Shown: positions 19,694 to 28,858 of the stretch, in pieces | Position numbering within the stretch: the stretch's first letter is position 1 | Layout of the letters: every line of letters starts with the position of its first letter | Assembly (NCBI GenBank): GCA_964434285.1 | Contig: CAYSUJ010000002.1 | Location: 57,913 to 121,912, forward strand | Reading direction: 5' to 3' | Length of the DNA: 64,000 bases | Source: an uncultured Candidatus Saccharibacteria bacterium | GTDB taxonomy: Bacteria; Patescibacteriota; Minisyncoccia; Phycocordibacterales; UBA2100 | Made by a program: the position numbers and the translations under genes | Notes under the pieces: model-generated | Told to the model about the DNA's origin: nothing | What the model saw: only the letters and a program-made list of their open reading frames with translations | Database searches by the model: none

Positions 19694-21643
19694 ATGGGAT
19701 TATTCGATCTTTTTTCAAAAGGGGGGGCGGAACCGGCAGCGGTTTTACCCGTACTTCCAGAAGAAATCTACCGCACAGGCGTGCTTGGTCTTCAAGACGT
19801 CATTGCTCCCCACGCCCTCAAGGTCAATTCACGAGAACTGGACTTGGGCGAGAAAATTGCGCGGACATTCTTTGTGATTTCCTACCCCCGGTTCCTCACG
19901 ACGGGCTGGTTCGCACCCATCATCAATATCGACAAGGTTCTGGATGTTTCAATCTTCGTTCACCCCATGGATACGAACGAGATGCTTCGTAAATTTCAGA
20001 AAAAGGTCGCAGAGGTTCAATCACAGATCTCGACTCGTGAAGAGAAGGGGATGGTGCGTGACCCCGTCCTCGACACGGCCTATCAAGACCTTGAAAAGCT
20101 ACGTGATTCTTTACAACAAGCGCAGGAACGCATCTTTGAAGTGGGGCTTTACCTTACGATTTACGGCAACACCCGCGAAGAAATCGACAAAACCGAGAGC
20201 GAAATCCGCTCTATTCTTGAATCGCGCCTTGTCTACATCCGTCCTGCGTTGTTCCAGCAAGAACAAGGGTTCCGCTCGGTAATTCCGCTCGCAACAGACG
20301 AACTCGGCGTGCATACTAAGCTCAATTCCGCACCACTTTCCTCAATTTTCCCCTTTATTTCATTCGACCTCACGTCCGATAGGGGAATTTTGTATGGCAT
20401 CAACCGCCACAATTCATCGCTTATACTTTTCGACCGTTTCTCACTTGAAAACTACAATTCGGTTACGTTCGCAAAGTCGGGTTCGGGGAAAAGCTATACA
20501 ACTAAACTAGAAATTCTCCGCTCCCTCATGTTTGACACCGAGGTGATCGTGATCGACCCGGAACGCGAGTATGAATACCTCGCAGAGACAGTCGGTGGGC
20601 GTTATTTCAATATCTCACTTTCATCAGAGCACCACATCAATCCGTTTGATCTTGCAATACCGCGCGAAGACGAGTCTCCGGGCGACGTGCTCCGCAACAA
20701 CATCATTACGCTCGTGGGTCTTTTCCGCATTATGCTCGGCGGTTTGACACCAGAAGAAGATGCAATTATTGATAAAGCGATCACCGAAACCTACGCCTTG
20801 AAAGACATCACCGCAGACGCCAACTTCGCTTCTATCGAGCCGCCGCTCCTCTCGGACTTCGAACTCGTGCTCTCTGGCATGGAAGGATCGGAATCTCTCG
20901 TTGCACGTCTTTCAAAGTACACCAAAGGCACCTGGGCAGGATTCATGAACCGCCCAACAAACGTCGACATGAACAAGAAGCTCATCGTCTTTTCTGTGCG
21001 CGACATGGAGGATGATCTGAAGCCCGTCGCCATGTACATCATCACGCACCACATCTGGAACGCCGTGCGCAAAGAACTCCGCAAGCGCCTCCTCGTGATC
21101 GATGAGGCGTGGTGGATGATGAAATCGGAAGACACAGCATCCTTCCTCTTCGGCATCGCGAAGCGCGGCCGCAAATACTATCTCGGCCTCTCAACCATCA
21201 CCCAAGACGTAAATGACTTTCTTACGTCGCCCTACGGAGCGGCCATGATCACCAACTCATCAATCCAGTTACTCCTGCGCCAGTCACCAACATCGGTCGA
21301 TCTCGTCCAGCAAACGTTCAAACTTTCTGATGAAGAAAAGTATCTCCTCCTCGAATCAGATGTGGGGGAGGGGATCTTTTTCGCAGGCTTGAAGCACGTC
21401 GCGATCAAGGTCATTGCCTCGTATACCGAAGACCAAATCATTACCTCTGACCCGTCTCAGATTCTTGCCATCAAAAAGGCCAAGCAGGAACTTGTCGCCT
21501 CGCAAGATGTGCCGCCAACACCTGTCAGCTACGAGGCACGTAGTGCTGCGGCAGACGTACTCAAGAACGCGGAATTAAAGAGTGCGAGTGGGGCAACCCA
21601 GCAAGCTCCTAGTGAGCCCCCGCTCCCGCCCGGTGTTGTATGA
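19694..21643 (+). CDS. VirB4-like type IV secretion ATPase
   Basis: Walker A AKSGSGKS, IDPEREY, Walker B VIDEAW, RGRKY, ITQ. Confidence 0.9.
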   Translation: MGLFDLFSKGGAEPAAVLPVLPEEIYRTGVLGLQDVIAPHALKVNSRELDLGEKIARTFFVISYPRFLTTGWFAPIINIDKVLDVSIFVHPMDTNEMLRKFQKKVAEVQSQISTREEKGMVRDPVLDTAYQDLEKLRDSLQQAQERIFEVGLYLTIYGNTREEIDKTESEIRSILESRLVYIRPALFQQEQGFRSVIPLATDELGVHTKLNSAPLSSIFPFISFDLTSDRGILYGINRHNSSLILFDRFSLENYNSVTFAKSGSGKSYTTKLEILRSLMFDTEVIVIDPEREYEYLAETVGGRYFNISLSSEHHINPFDLAIPREDESPGDVLRNNIITLVGLFRIMLGGLTPEEDAIIDKAITETYALKDITADANFASIEPPLLSDFELVLSGMEGSESLVARLSKYTKGTWAGFMNRPTNVDMNKKLIVFSVRDMEDDLKPVAMYIITHHIWNAVRKELRKRLLVIDEAWWMMKSEDTASFLFGIAKRGRKYYLGLSTITQDVNDFLTSPYGAAMITNSSIQLLLRQSPTSVDLVQQTFKLSDEEKYLLLESDVGEGIFFAGLKHVAIKVIASYTEDQIITSDPSQILAIKKAKQELVASQDVPPTPVSYEARSAAADVLKNAELKSASGATQQAPSEPPLPPGVV

Positions 21644-22647
21644 GGGTCATAATCGTAGCACTCGCACTTCTCATCGCGCTTCCCGTGCATGCACAATCAT
21701 TTGTGACCGGTATTGAACGTACGCTTTCCATTACTACCACCCCCGCCTTTCCAACAGCAGGCGAGCCGGTGACGCTTTCGCTTGATGGCTACGCCGTTGA
21801 TATTGATCGCAGTATGGTCGTATGGTACGTGGATGAAAAGGAGATAAAACGGGGGTCAGGACTGCGCACCCTTGAAGTACAGGCGCCACCAATCGGTTCG
21901 GAAAAAAGGGTGCGCGCAGTAGCAGAAGAACCGTCAGGAATTCTGGCAACGGGCGAAGCAGCGCTACGCCCAGGATCCGTAACACTCATGTGGGAAGCAG
22001 ATTCGTACACTCCACCATTCTATCGAGGAAGGGCGCTTCCTGGATCCCAAAGCCCCATCCGCGCACAGGCGGTTCCCGATCTTCGACGCGACGCGGCTCG
22101 CATACCGACCAACGACATTGTTTTTACATGGCTTCGAGATGGCGCTCGGTTTGCCTCGGGTCGCGGGCTCACCTCAGTCACTTTTGCCGGACCGTCGCTA
22201 TTCGATATGGATAGAATTACTGTGGTTGCGGAATCGCTTGATGGCACCATCGTCGCTCGTGATGAAACAAATCTCCGAGGAGCCGACCCTAAAATAGAAC
22301 TATATGAGCACCATCCACTTTTTGGCACACTATACCACCGCGCGTTTGTGGGAACCGTTATAAATAGGGAAGCCGAACAAAAATTTGCCGCCGTGCCATT
22401 TTTTGCACCCCACTCACCACGTGATCCGAACCTTATATACAAATGGATGGTGAACACCACACCAATCGAACCGGGACCTACGACACCCGATATACTCACC
22501 ATCCGCCGCGAAGATGCCTTCGCAGGCATCATCACGATCGGACTGACACTCACGAGTATTTCTAACATATTCTTCCAAGCAACCAATGCATGGACCGTAC
22601 ACCTCTCAAGTGATGTGGTATCCAATAATCCATTTCTCGGCCTATGA
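21640..22647 (+). CDS. Secreted beta-rich (Ig-like) hypothetical protein
   Basis: Signal peptide ending VHA; translationally coupled to neighbours. Confidence 0.75.
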   Translation: MRVIIVALALLIALPVHAQSFVTGIERTLSITTTPAFPTAGEPVTLSLDGYAVDIDRSMVVWYVDEKEIKRGSGLRTLEVQAPPIGSEKRVRAVAEEPSGILATGEAALRPGSVTLMWEADSYTPPFYRGRALPGSQSPIRAQAVPDLRRDAARIPTNDIVFTWLRDGARFASGRGLTSVTFAGPSLFDMDRITVVAESLDGTIVARDETNLRGADPKIELYEHHPLFGTLYHRAFVGTVINREAEQKFAAVPFFAPHSPRDPNLIYKWMVNTTPIEPGPTTPDILTIRREDAFAGIITIGLTLTSISNIFFQATNAWTVHLSSDVVSNNPFLGL

Positions 22648-23858
22648 AGATCTCCGTTAATCACGATACATTTCGCCTGGTTGGCATCGCCGCCATCGTA
22701 TTTCTCCTTGTAGGCCTTGGTGGGTGGTATGTGTTTCTGTCAGGAAGAACGACCGAGGTCGCATTAACAGGTGAATCACGCGGTTTTTCGGTCGGCATCC
22801 CTTCATTTTCAGGAAGTCGCGGATCTACTCTGGAGAACTTAGTGCAAGGTCTTCCACTCAACGAGGAGGTACACGTCGCTACATCATCACATCCTCGCCC
22901 GCCTCGACTATGGCAGGTCAATCAAACACCCGTTGCAGGAGCGGGATTTGTGATACAAGGAAGCACTACACTAATTCGCTTCGTCGAACGATCGAACGGT
23001 CACGTTTTTGATGCAAATGTCGAAACAGGCGAGGTGGCCCGCCGCACAAACACATCACTCGGCACCATATATGATGCACAGATCGGCTCCATAGAAGGCC
23101 TTTTACTCCGCACACTTGATGCCAGTAGTACGGTCCACACGCTTATTGGAGCATTTGGCACCACAACGGAAAACGACCTTCAAGAGTTAAACGTAGTAGA
23201 CGTTGGCCCAACTCACACCATCACATTTCGGGGTGATACACCTCTTTTACTTGTGGGAGATACGGAGAGCCGCCTTGTTGCCTCCACAACAAACTCAAAG
23301 GAACGGGCGCTCTTCACATCACCTATTCGTAAGTGGCACATTACACGCGCCGACCCTCTCATTGTCGCGGAGCCCGCAGCAAGTGGCATTCTCGGTAGCG
23401 CATTCAGCGTCGGCACAGGAGGAGTTTTAACAAACGTTGCCACAAAAAAAGGGCTTACCATTGCAGCACATCCTGAGAGTAATGTGTTTCTGGTGGGGGA
23501 AGAGGGCGAGAACCTTGCGCTCTCGGTCCTGTCAGGGACTACTACACGATCGCTGAGCATCCAAACTATTGCTGAAAAGTGCATATGGGCTCCGGGGAGA
23601 GCACTCATTGCCTACTGCGCCGTCCCCAAAGAAGCGCCGAAGTCCGGATTTCTCGACGCTTGGTACCGCGGCGCAACTCATACCAGTGACCGATGGTACA
23701 CTGTCGAATCCGCAACGGGAGCAAGTGAAATACTCTATACACCCAGTGAAGATATCGAGCTTGATGTAGAATTTCCAGCAATCGATGAAAGCGCGCGCTA
23801 TATGCTCTTCATAAATGCTCGTGATAAATCCCTCTGGGCATTGCGAATCTATGAATAA
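22644..23858 (+). CDS. Membrane-anchored beta-rich (possibly propeller) hypothetical protein
   Basis: N-terminal TM helix, beta-strand pattern. Confidence 0.7.
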   Translation: MKISVNHDTFRLVGIAAIVFLLVGLGGWYVFLSGRTTEVALTGESRGFSVGIPSFSGSRGSTLENLVQGLPLNEEVHVATSSHPRPPRLWQVNQTPVAGAGFVIQGSTTLIRFVERSNGHVFDANVETGEVARRTNTSLGTIYDAQIGSIEGLLLRTLDASSTVHTLIGAFGTTTENDLQELNVVDVGPTHTITFRGDTPLLLVGDTESRLVASTTNSKERALFTSPIRKWHITRADPLIVAEPAASGILGSAFSVGTGGVLTNVATKKGLTIAAHPESNVFLVGEEGENLALSVLSGTTTRSLSIQTIAEKCIWAPGRALIAYCAVPKEAPKSGFLDAWYRGATHTSDRWYTVESATGASEILYTPSEDIELDVEFPAIDESARYMLFINARDKSLWALRIYE

Positions 23859-24258
23859 AATTGCCCAAGGTTCCACAACAGTCACCCCATTTCCTGGAGG
23901 AGGTTCCGTTGGCACCCAAGTGCCCACAAATCAAATTCGCCCACTGAGCCAGCTTTTTGACCAAAACTCGTCGCTCGCCGACTTCTTCCAAGCGCTTTTT
24001 TATACCGCAATCGCGGTCGGCGCGACGCTCGCTGTCTTACGGCTTGGATACGCCGGATTCTTATACATGGGCGGCGATTCCTTTGGAAAAATATCCGAAG
24101 CAAAGAGAATCATGCAAGATGTTGTGGTTGGCCTCCTCCTCTTACTCGCCGTATATGTCATCCTTAATCAGATCAACCCTGACATCCTGAATCTCGACGT
24201 CTTGCGCAGCGTCCAGTCATCGCAGCAAGCTCCGGCAACAAATACGTTTACACAGTAG
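23851..24258 (+). CDS. VirB2/TrbC-like pilin
   Basis: Two hydrophobic helices with GFLYM...AKRI...GLLLLL...LNQINPDIL. Confidence 0.75.
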   Translation: MNKIAQGSTTVTPFPGGGSVGTQVPTNQIRPLSQLFDQNSSLADFFQALFYTAIAVGATLAVLRLGYAGFLYMGGDSFGKISEAKRIMQDVVVGLLLLLAVYVILNQINPDILNLDVLRSVQSSQQAPATNTFTQ

Positions 24259-24721
24259 CGTCGCTCGTGTAGCGAATAACGACACGGCGAGAGCGCCCCT
24301 CACCTTGAGACTCAGTCTTTATATTGGGTGCGTCCTGGAGTGTGGTGTGGACAATAAGGCGTTCGTACGCACTCATGGGGGACAGCTCAACGTCATACTG
24401 AAACGACCGCGCACGCTCGGCCATCATCAAGGCCTTCGTCTGTAAATCGCGAATTTGACGCGAACGATAGTCATTTACATCGACGAGAAAGTGCGGCTCC
24501 TCCCCGGTCTCTCCAGCCTTGGCCCGGTTATGCTCCACAATGCGCTTCACAAGATAATCGAGGGCGTGGACGGTGTCGCCGTGGGTTCCTATAAGTGCTT
24601 TCCCGTCGGGCGCATTCACCGAGAGCACCATCTGTCCAGCGATATCTATTTCGGTCACATCAGAGTAGGGAATCCCAATTGCGTCGAGAAGGGAGTGAAG
24701 AATCGACTGCGGAGATTGCAT
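24248..24721 (-). CDS. jag: Jag/KhpB RNA-binding protein (KH + R3H)
   Basis: LIGTHGDT, DVNDYR, PMSAYERLIVH, SQGEGRSRRV; follows yidC. Confidence 0.88.
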   Translation of the reverse strand: MQSPQSILHSLLDAIGIPYSDVTEIDIAGQMVLSVNAPDGKALIGTHGDTVHALDYLVKRIVEHNRAKAGETGEEPHFLVDVNDYRSRQIRDLQTKALMMAERARSFQYDVELSPMSAYERLIVHTTLQDAPNIKTESQGEGRSRRVVIRYTSDATV

Positions 24722-24762
24722 ATCCTCCTTGTATCACAATTCCAGTGGCGAACCAAGTTGTG

Positions 24763-25497
24763 CTACACCTTGTTTTGTTTTAAACCGCGCCCCATGAGTA
24801 ATTCTTGACCAATCATAAAAATGTTGCTGGTCGCCCAGTAGAGGGGGAGAGCGGCTGAAAGACTGTATGAAATGGCGGTAAACAAGACAGGGAGGACATA
24901 ACGCGCTTGTAAGTCGAAGCTGCGCGCCATATCAGCAGAAAACGAGGCCTCTTCGGTATGCATTTTCGGCTGACGCGGCCCCATGGAGAGGCGTGTGTAG
25001 ATATATTGGGTCACACCAGTAAGAAGCGCCAAAAGAAGGCTCCTTTCGCCCATGTCTATCAGACCAAGAAACGACATGTCTACCTTCGGCGGTGCAGGTA
25101 TAAAACCGTAGAGAATTTCGCTATTAATGGCCGGCAATCCACCTTTCCAAAAGACCCAGTACAGTCCGAAAAGTATGGGAAGTTGGAGGAGAACGAGGAA
25201 AAATGTCGAAAAGGGGCGTATACCCCTCTCCTTATAGAGTGCGAACATGGCGCGCGCCTGCTCTTCCTGATTATCCTTGTATTTCGTTTTAAGCGCCTCC
25301 ATCTCCGGCGCAATCGCACGCATTGCGACCTGTGTACGTATAGCCTGTCGTGAGAGGGGAATGAGGAGTACTTTAACGGCGAGCGTGAGAATGATGACGG
25401 CAATACCCACATCGTGCCCAGGCACGATGTCTATGAGATACACGAGGGCATTATACAGCGGCTCGTAGATTCCCTCGTTGAATGCCGCGCGAAACAT
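24763..25497 (-). CDS. yidC: Membrane protein insertase YidC (short form)
   Basis: GIAVIILTLAVK, LYKERGIRP, LQLPI, LYWATSN; conserved synteny. Confidence 0.93.
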   Translation of the reverse strand: MFRAAFNEGIYEPLYNALVYLIDIVPGHDVGIAVIILTLAVKVLLIPLSRQAIRTQVAMRAIAPEMEALKTKYKDNQEEQARAMFALYKERGIRPFSTFFLVLLQLPILFGLYWVFWKGGLPAINSEILYGFIPAPPKVDMSFLGLIDMGERSLLLALLTGVTQYIYTRLSMGPRQPKMHTEEASFSADMARSFDLQARYVLPVLFTAISYSLSAALPLYWATSNIFMIGQELLMGRGLKQNKV

Positions 25498-25515
25498 CCG
25501 CGCATTGTAGCGCGG

Positions 25516-25866
25516 TTACTGACGAGTGCCAGAGGGAGTAATGTGCACTTTGTTCAGAAGCGTATTGATATCCTCGCGAAGCTGCGCCATCGACGTCCGC
25601 AAACTGCCATTTTTAGCATACGCAATCATGACCATGCCCGGGGGGAATAATGAATATACGTCTCGAAATATGGCTCTAACGCGACGCTTTACTCGATTCC
25701 GATCAACAGCATGTCGCGCAACCTTTTTGGATACCACACATGCAAAACCCGATCGCGACCTCCCCGGCACGACACCAATGGCGAGAGTAATATACGGTCC
25801 CGAAACCCGCCTCTTTATCTGTAGACGGGTAAAATCATGCCGTGAAAGCCTATAGGGGGCAGACAT
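25516..25866 (-). CDS. rnpA: Ribonuclease P protein
   Basis: VSKKVARHAVDRNRVKRRVR RNR motif. Confidence 0.92.
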   Translation of the reverse strand: MSAPYRLSRHDFTRLQIKRRVSGPYITLAIGVVPGRSRSGFACVVSKKVARHAVDRNRVKRRVRAIFRDVYSLFPPGMVMIAYAKNGSLRTSMAQLREDINTLLNKVHITPSGTRQ

Positions 25867-26000
25867 TAGGCGGCGAGGCGTGCGCGTCCCTTGCGCAAGC
25901 GACGCTGGATGACGCGTCGGCCGTTTTTGGTAGCAAGACGGGCGCGATACCCGTGTGTTCGAGCGCGCTTTCGTTTCTTTGGCTGGTAGTTTCGCTTCAT
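25866..26000 (-). CDS. rpmH: 50S ribosomal protein L34 (not in ORF track)
   Basis: [44 protein letters not shown]; TAATG overlap with rnpA. Confidence 0.97.
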   Translation of the reverse strand: MKRNYQPKKRKRARTHGYRARLATKNGRRVIQRRLRKGRARLAA

Positions 26001-26057
26001 GCGGAGACTATAGCCTAAAAAGCCACTTTTTCCAAGCCCGCCTCGATATCCCCAGTG

Positions 26058-26066
26058 TTATACACA
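26058..26066 (+). promoter_or_regulatory. DnaA box upstream of dnaA
   Basis: TTATACACA matches TTATNCACA. Confidence 0.75.
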
Positions 26067-26187
26067 GGTTGTAAACACTTCCTCACTGTGTCACAACCAC
26101 TTCACGAGCAGAGACGCACGCGTATAATAGCCACACTATGCGTGCGTGCATATCGTTTGTATGTGATCTCCATAGTGCTCTCTCACT

Positions 26188-27537
26188 ATGATAAGCAACA
26201 GAGAACTTTGGCAAAATGCGCTCGTCCAAATTGAACTTGGTACATCTGAGGCTAGTTTTCGTACATGGTTTCGAAACACAGACATCGTATCGCGGGATAG
26301 TAACGTGATTCAACTCGCAGTACCCTCTAAAATTGTGAAGGAGTGGTTGATGGAAAAGCACCATAAACTCATTCTCGGAACGCTGCGCTCTCTCGATAAC
26401 ACGGTGCGCACCGTCGAATACGTGGTCAACCGTTCTGTGGGTGAACCACGACGCGTTGAAAAAACGGCTCAACCACAAGCAAACACTTCGATTGACCTCG
26501 GACAGCTCTACATCGATAAGCGGGATAACCTCAACCCCCGTTATACCTTTGAGACATTTGTTGTTGGCCCCTTTAATCAGCTCGCCCACGCCGCTGCAAA
26601 AGCAGTTATTGAACGCCCGGGGCTCGCCTATAATCCCTTTTTCGTCTATGGCGCGAGTGGCCACGGTAAGACGCACCTCATTCAGGCAATAGGGAACTAC
26701 TTCAAGAAAACACATACGAACAAAAAGGTATTTTATGTTTCCTCCGAACGCTTTGCGGTCGACTTCATTAATGCCGTTTCTCGCGGCCGCGCCAACGAAT
26801 TCAAAGATCAGTACCGTCAATATGACGTCCTCATTATGGACGACGTCCAGTTCATGGCAGAGAAAGAGCGCACACAGGAAGAGTTATTTCACCTCTTCAA
26901 CGCGATGCATGACAATAATAAGCAAATAATTTTCTCTTCAGATAAGCACCCAATGCTCCTCCCAGGCTTTGAAGACCGGGTGCGCGGACGACTCTCAGCC
27001 GGCGTCATCATGGAAATTCCAGAACCTGATGTGGAGTCACGAATCGCAATTATCAAGGCAAAAATCGATCAGCTCGGCTTTAGTCTCCCGGACGACATCA
27101 TCACACACATAGCCGAAACAGTGCGCGGCAATATTCGCGAGCTTGAAGGAATCATCAACATGATTGTGTGTAAGTCCCAATTGAAGGGGAAGGCGATTAC
27201 ATTGCCGGATGTGCGAACGCTCATTAAACATAACGTCCGCCCCTCAAAAGGCGTTTCAGTGGAAGAGGTGGTGCGCCGTATTGCGCAGTACTACGAAGTG
27301 GCTGAGAAGAGTATCTATGAGAAAACGCGCAAAAAAGAAGTGGTGAAGCCACGTCAAATCATCATGTACATCCTCAGAGAGGAATTTAACGTCTCATATC
27401 CTTCTATAGGGGAGAAACTCGGCGGCCGCGACCACACCACCGTCATACACTCGTGCGAAAAAATAAAGGATGAGGTAAAAAAGAGCACCTCTCTTGATCA
27501 GGAGCTTGAGCATATCCGCACCTTGGTGCACGCATAA
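26188..27537 (+). CDS. dnaA: Chromosomal replication initiator DnaA
   Basis: LNPRYTFETFVVG, GASGHGKTHL, DDVQF, NIRELEG, GGRDHTTV. Confidence 0.98.
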   Translation: MISNRELWQNALVQIELGTSEASFRTWFRNTDIVSRDSNVIQLAVPSKIVKEWLMEKHHKLILGTLRSLDNTVRTVEYVVNRSVGEPRRVEKTAQPQANTSIDLGQLYIDKRDNLNPRYTFETFVVGPFNQLAHAAAKAVIERPGLAYNPFFVYGASGHGKTHLIQAIGNYFKKTHTNKKVFYVSSERFAVDFINAVSRGRANEFKDQYRQYDVLIMDDVQFMAEKERTQEELFHLFNAMHDNNKQIIFSSDKHPMLLPGFEDRVRGRLSAGVIMEIPEPDVESRIAIIKAKIDQLGFSLPDDIITHIAETVRGNIRELEGIINMIVCKSQLKGKAITLPDVRTLIKHNVRPSKGVSVEEVVRRIAQYYEVAEKSIYEKTRKKEVVKPRQIIMYILREEFNVSYPSIGEKLGGRDHTTVIHSCEKIKDEVKKSTSLDQELEHIRTLVHA

Positions 27538-27760
27538 CTATGGGGACAATTCATGAACAACTCATGAATACGTGTGGACAAAATGCAAGAGTTCGTGATG
27601 ATTTTTATATCCCCACCACCACCCCGAAGTTATTATGTGAGTTTTCCCCAGCGATCGAGGTCAAAAAAACACTTAATTTGTTTGGTTTTATAGCCTTTTC
27701 CACCTATACACAGTGCTAATAGTAATAATAAGTATTTCATTAATAAAAATAATACACACT
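27538..27760. other. oriC (dnaA-dnaN intergenic) with degenerate DnaA boxes, DnaA-trios and AT-rich unwinding element
   Basis: Boxes TGGGGACAA 27541, TGTGGACAA 27573, TTTTCCCCA 27642, TTTTCCACC/CTATACACA 27696-27712; then GTGC and TAA TAG TAA TAA TAA at 27717-27731. Confidence 0.8.
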
Positions 27761-28858
27761 ATGCATTTCACAGCGACACACGACTCTTTGTTGAAGGCGA
27801 TACATATCGCGGAACGAATCGTTGGTAAAAAAGAGTCACTCCCTGTTCTTTCGTGTGTCGTGCTTGACGTGGGTGGTAGCGAGTGTGTGGTGAAAAGTAC
27901 GAATCTGGAAGCGGGTGTTGAGGTGCGGGTACATGCTGATGTAAAGGAGAAAGGAGTTATTGCGGTTCCTGCTTCAATCTTGTCGCAAACAATTCGTTCT
28001 TCATCGGGTGACAAAATTGTCCTCCGTGTTGATCAGGGTAATCTCCGCGTGGAAGCTAAGGGGTTGAAAACCGTTATAAAAGCGCTGCCTCACGATGAGT
28101 TTCCTTCGATTTCACGCGATACAACAGAAAATACCATTCATATCCCTCGCGAAATCCTTCTCACGCTGCTTCATTCGGTTTCCTATGCGGCGTCGTCCTC
28201 TATGATTCGTCCTGAGTTAGGAAGTGTGTATATTTCAATTGAGAGCGGCGTTTTGACGGCGGTAGCAACAGACTCATTTCGACTCGCTGAAAAAACAACG
28301 ACGCTCAAGGATGATGTTTCAGGTGACGTACTCATCCCATTGAAGCATGTGCAAGAAATCACGCACATTCTGGAGAAATTAGGGGATGCCGACGTAACGC
28401 TTGCGACCAGTGATGCGCAACTCTCACTCACAACGGACGCTGTTGCGTTTGTATCGCGGGTCATTGACGGAACCTTTCCGAACTACAAAGAGATTATTCC
28501 CAAAAAATTCTCGACCGAAGTGACGCTTTTGAAAGCTGATTTTGCTGAGTCGCTCCGAAAGGCGCGCATATTCTCGGGTGCAGATCAACATGTTGGTTTC
28601 CATGTATACCCGAAGAAAAAAGTATTTGATCTCACGGCACAAAGCGCCTCCATTGGCGAGATGTCGGATTCACTTGAGGCAGCGCTCTCAGGTGAGGATG
28701 TTGATGTGAATTTCCATATTGGGTACGTCGCAGACGCACTCCAATCAATCCCTGCAGATTCGATTGTTTTGGGCTTTTCTGGCGCCGGTAAACCACTTGT
28801 TATGCGTGGGGTAGGGGACGACACCTTTACCTATCTTGCGATGCCTTTAAATCGCTAA
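27761..28858 (+). CDS. dnaN: DNA polymerase III beta clamp
   Basis: LPVLS, STNLE, VATDSFRLAE, IDGTFPNY, C-terminal MPL. Confidence 0.96.
   Translation: MHFTATHDSLLKAIHIAERIVGKKESLPVLSCVVLDVGGSECVVKSTNLEAGVEVRVHADVKEKGVIAVPASILSQTIRSSSGDKIVLRVDQGNLRVEAKGLKTVIKALPHDEFPSISRDTTENTIHIPREILLTLLHSVSYAASSSMIRPELGSVYISIESGVLTAVATDSFRLAEKTTTLKDDVSGDVLIPLKHVQEITHILEKLGDADVTLATSDAQLSLTTDAVAFVSRVIDGTFPNYKEIIPKKFSTEVTLLKADFAESLRKARIFSGADQHVGFHVYPKKKVFDLTAQSASIGEMSDSLEAALSGEDVDVNFHIGYVADALQSIPADSIVLGFSGAGKPLVMRGVGDDTFTYLAMPLNR

Noticed and set aside
26083-26820. Long antisense ORFs over dnaA, and similarly over the PBP (30131..31255) and pilB (34184..35077) genes
   Set aside because: They are shadow frames of conserved genes with no recognisable motifs.
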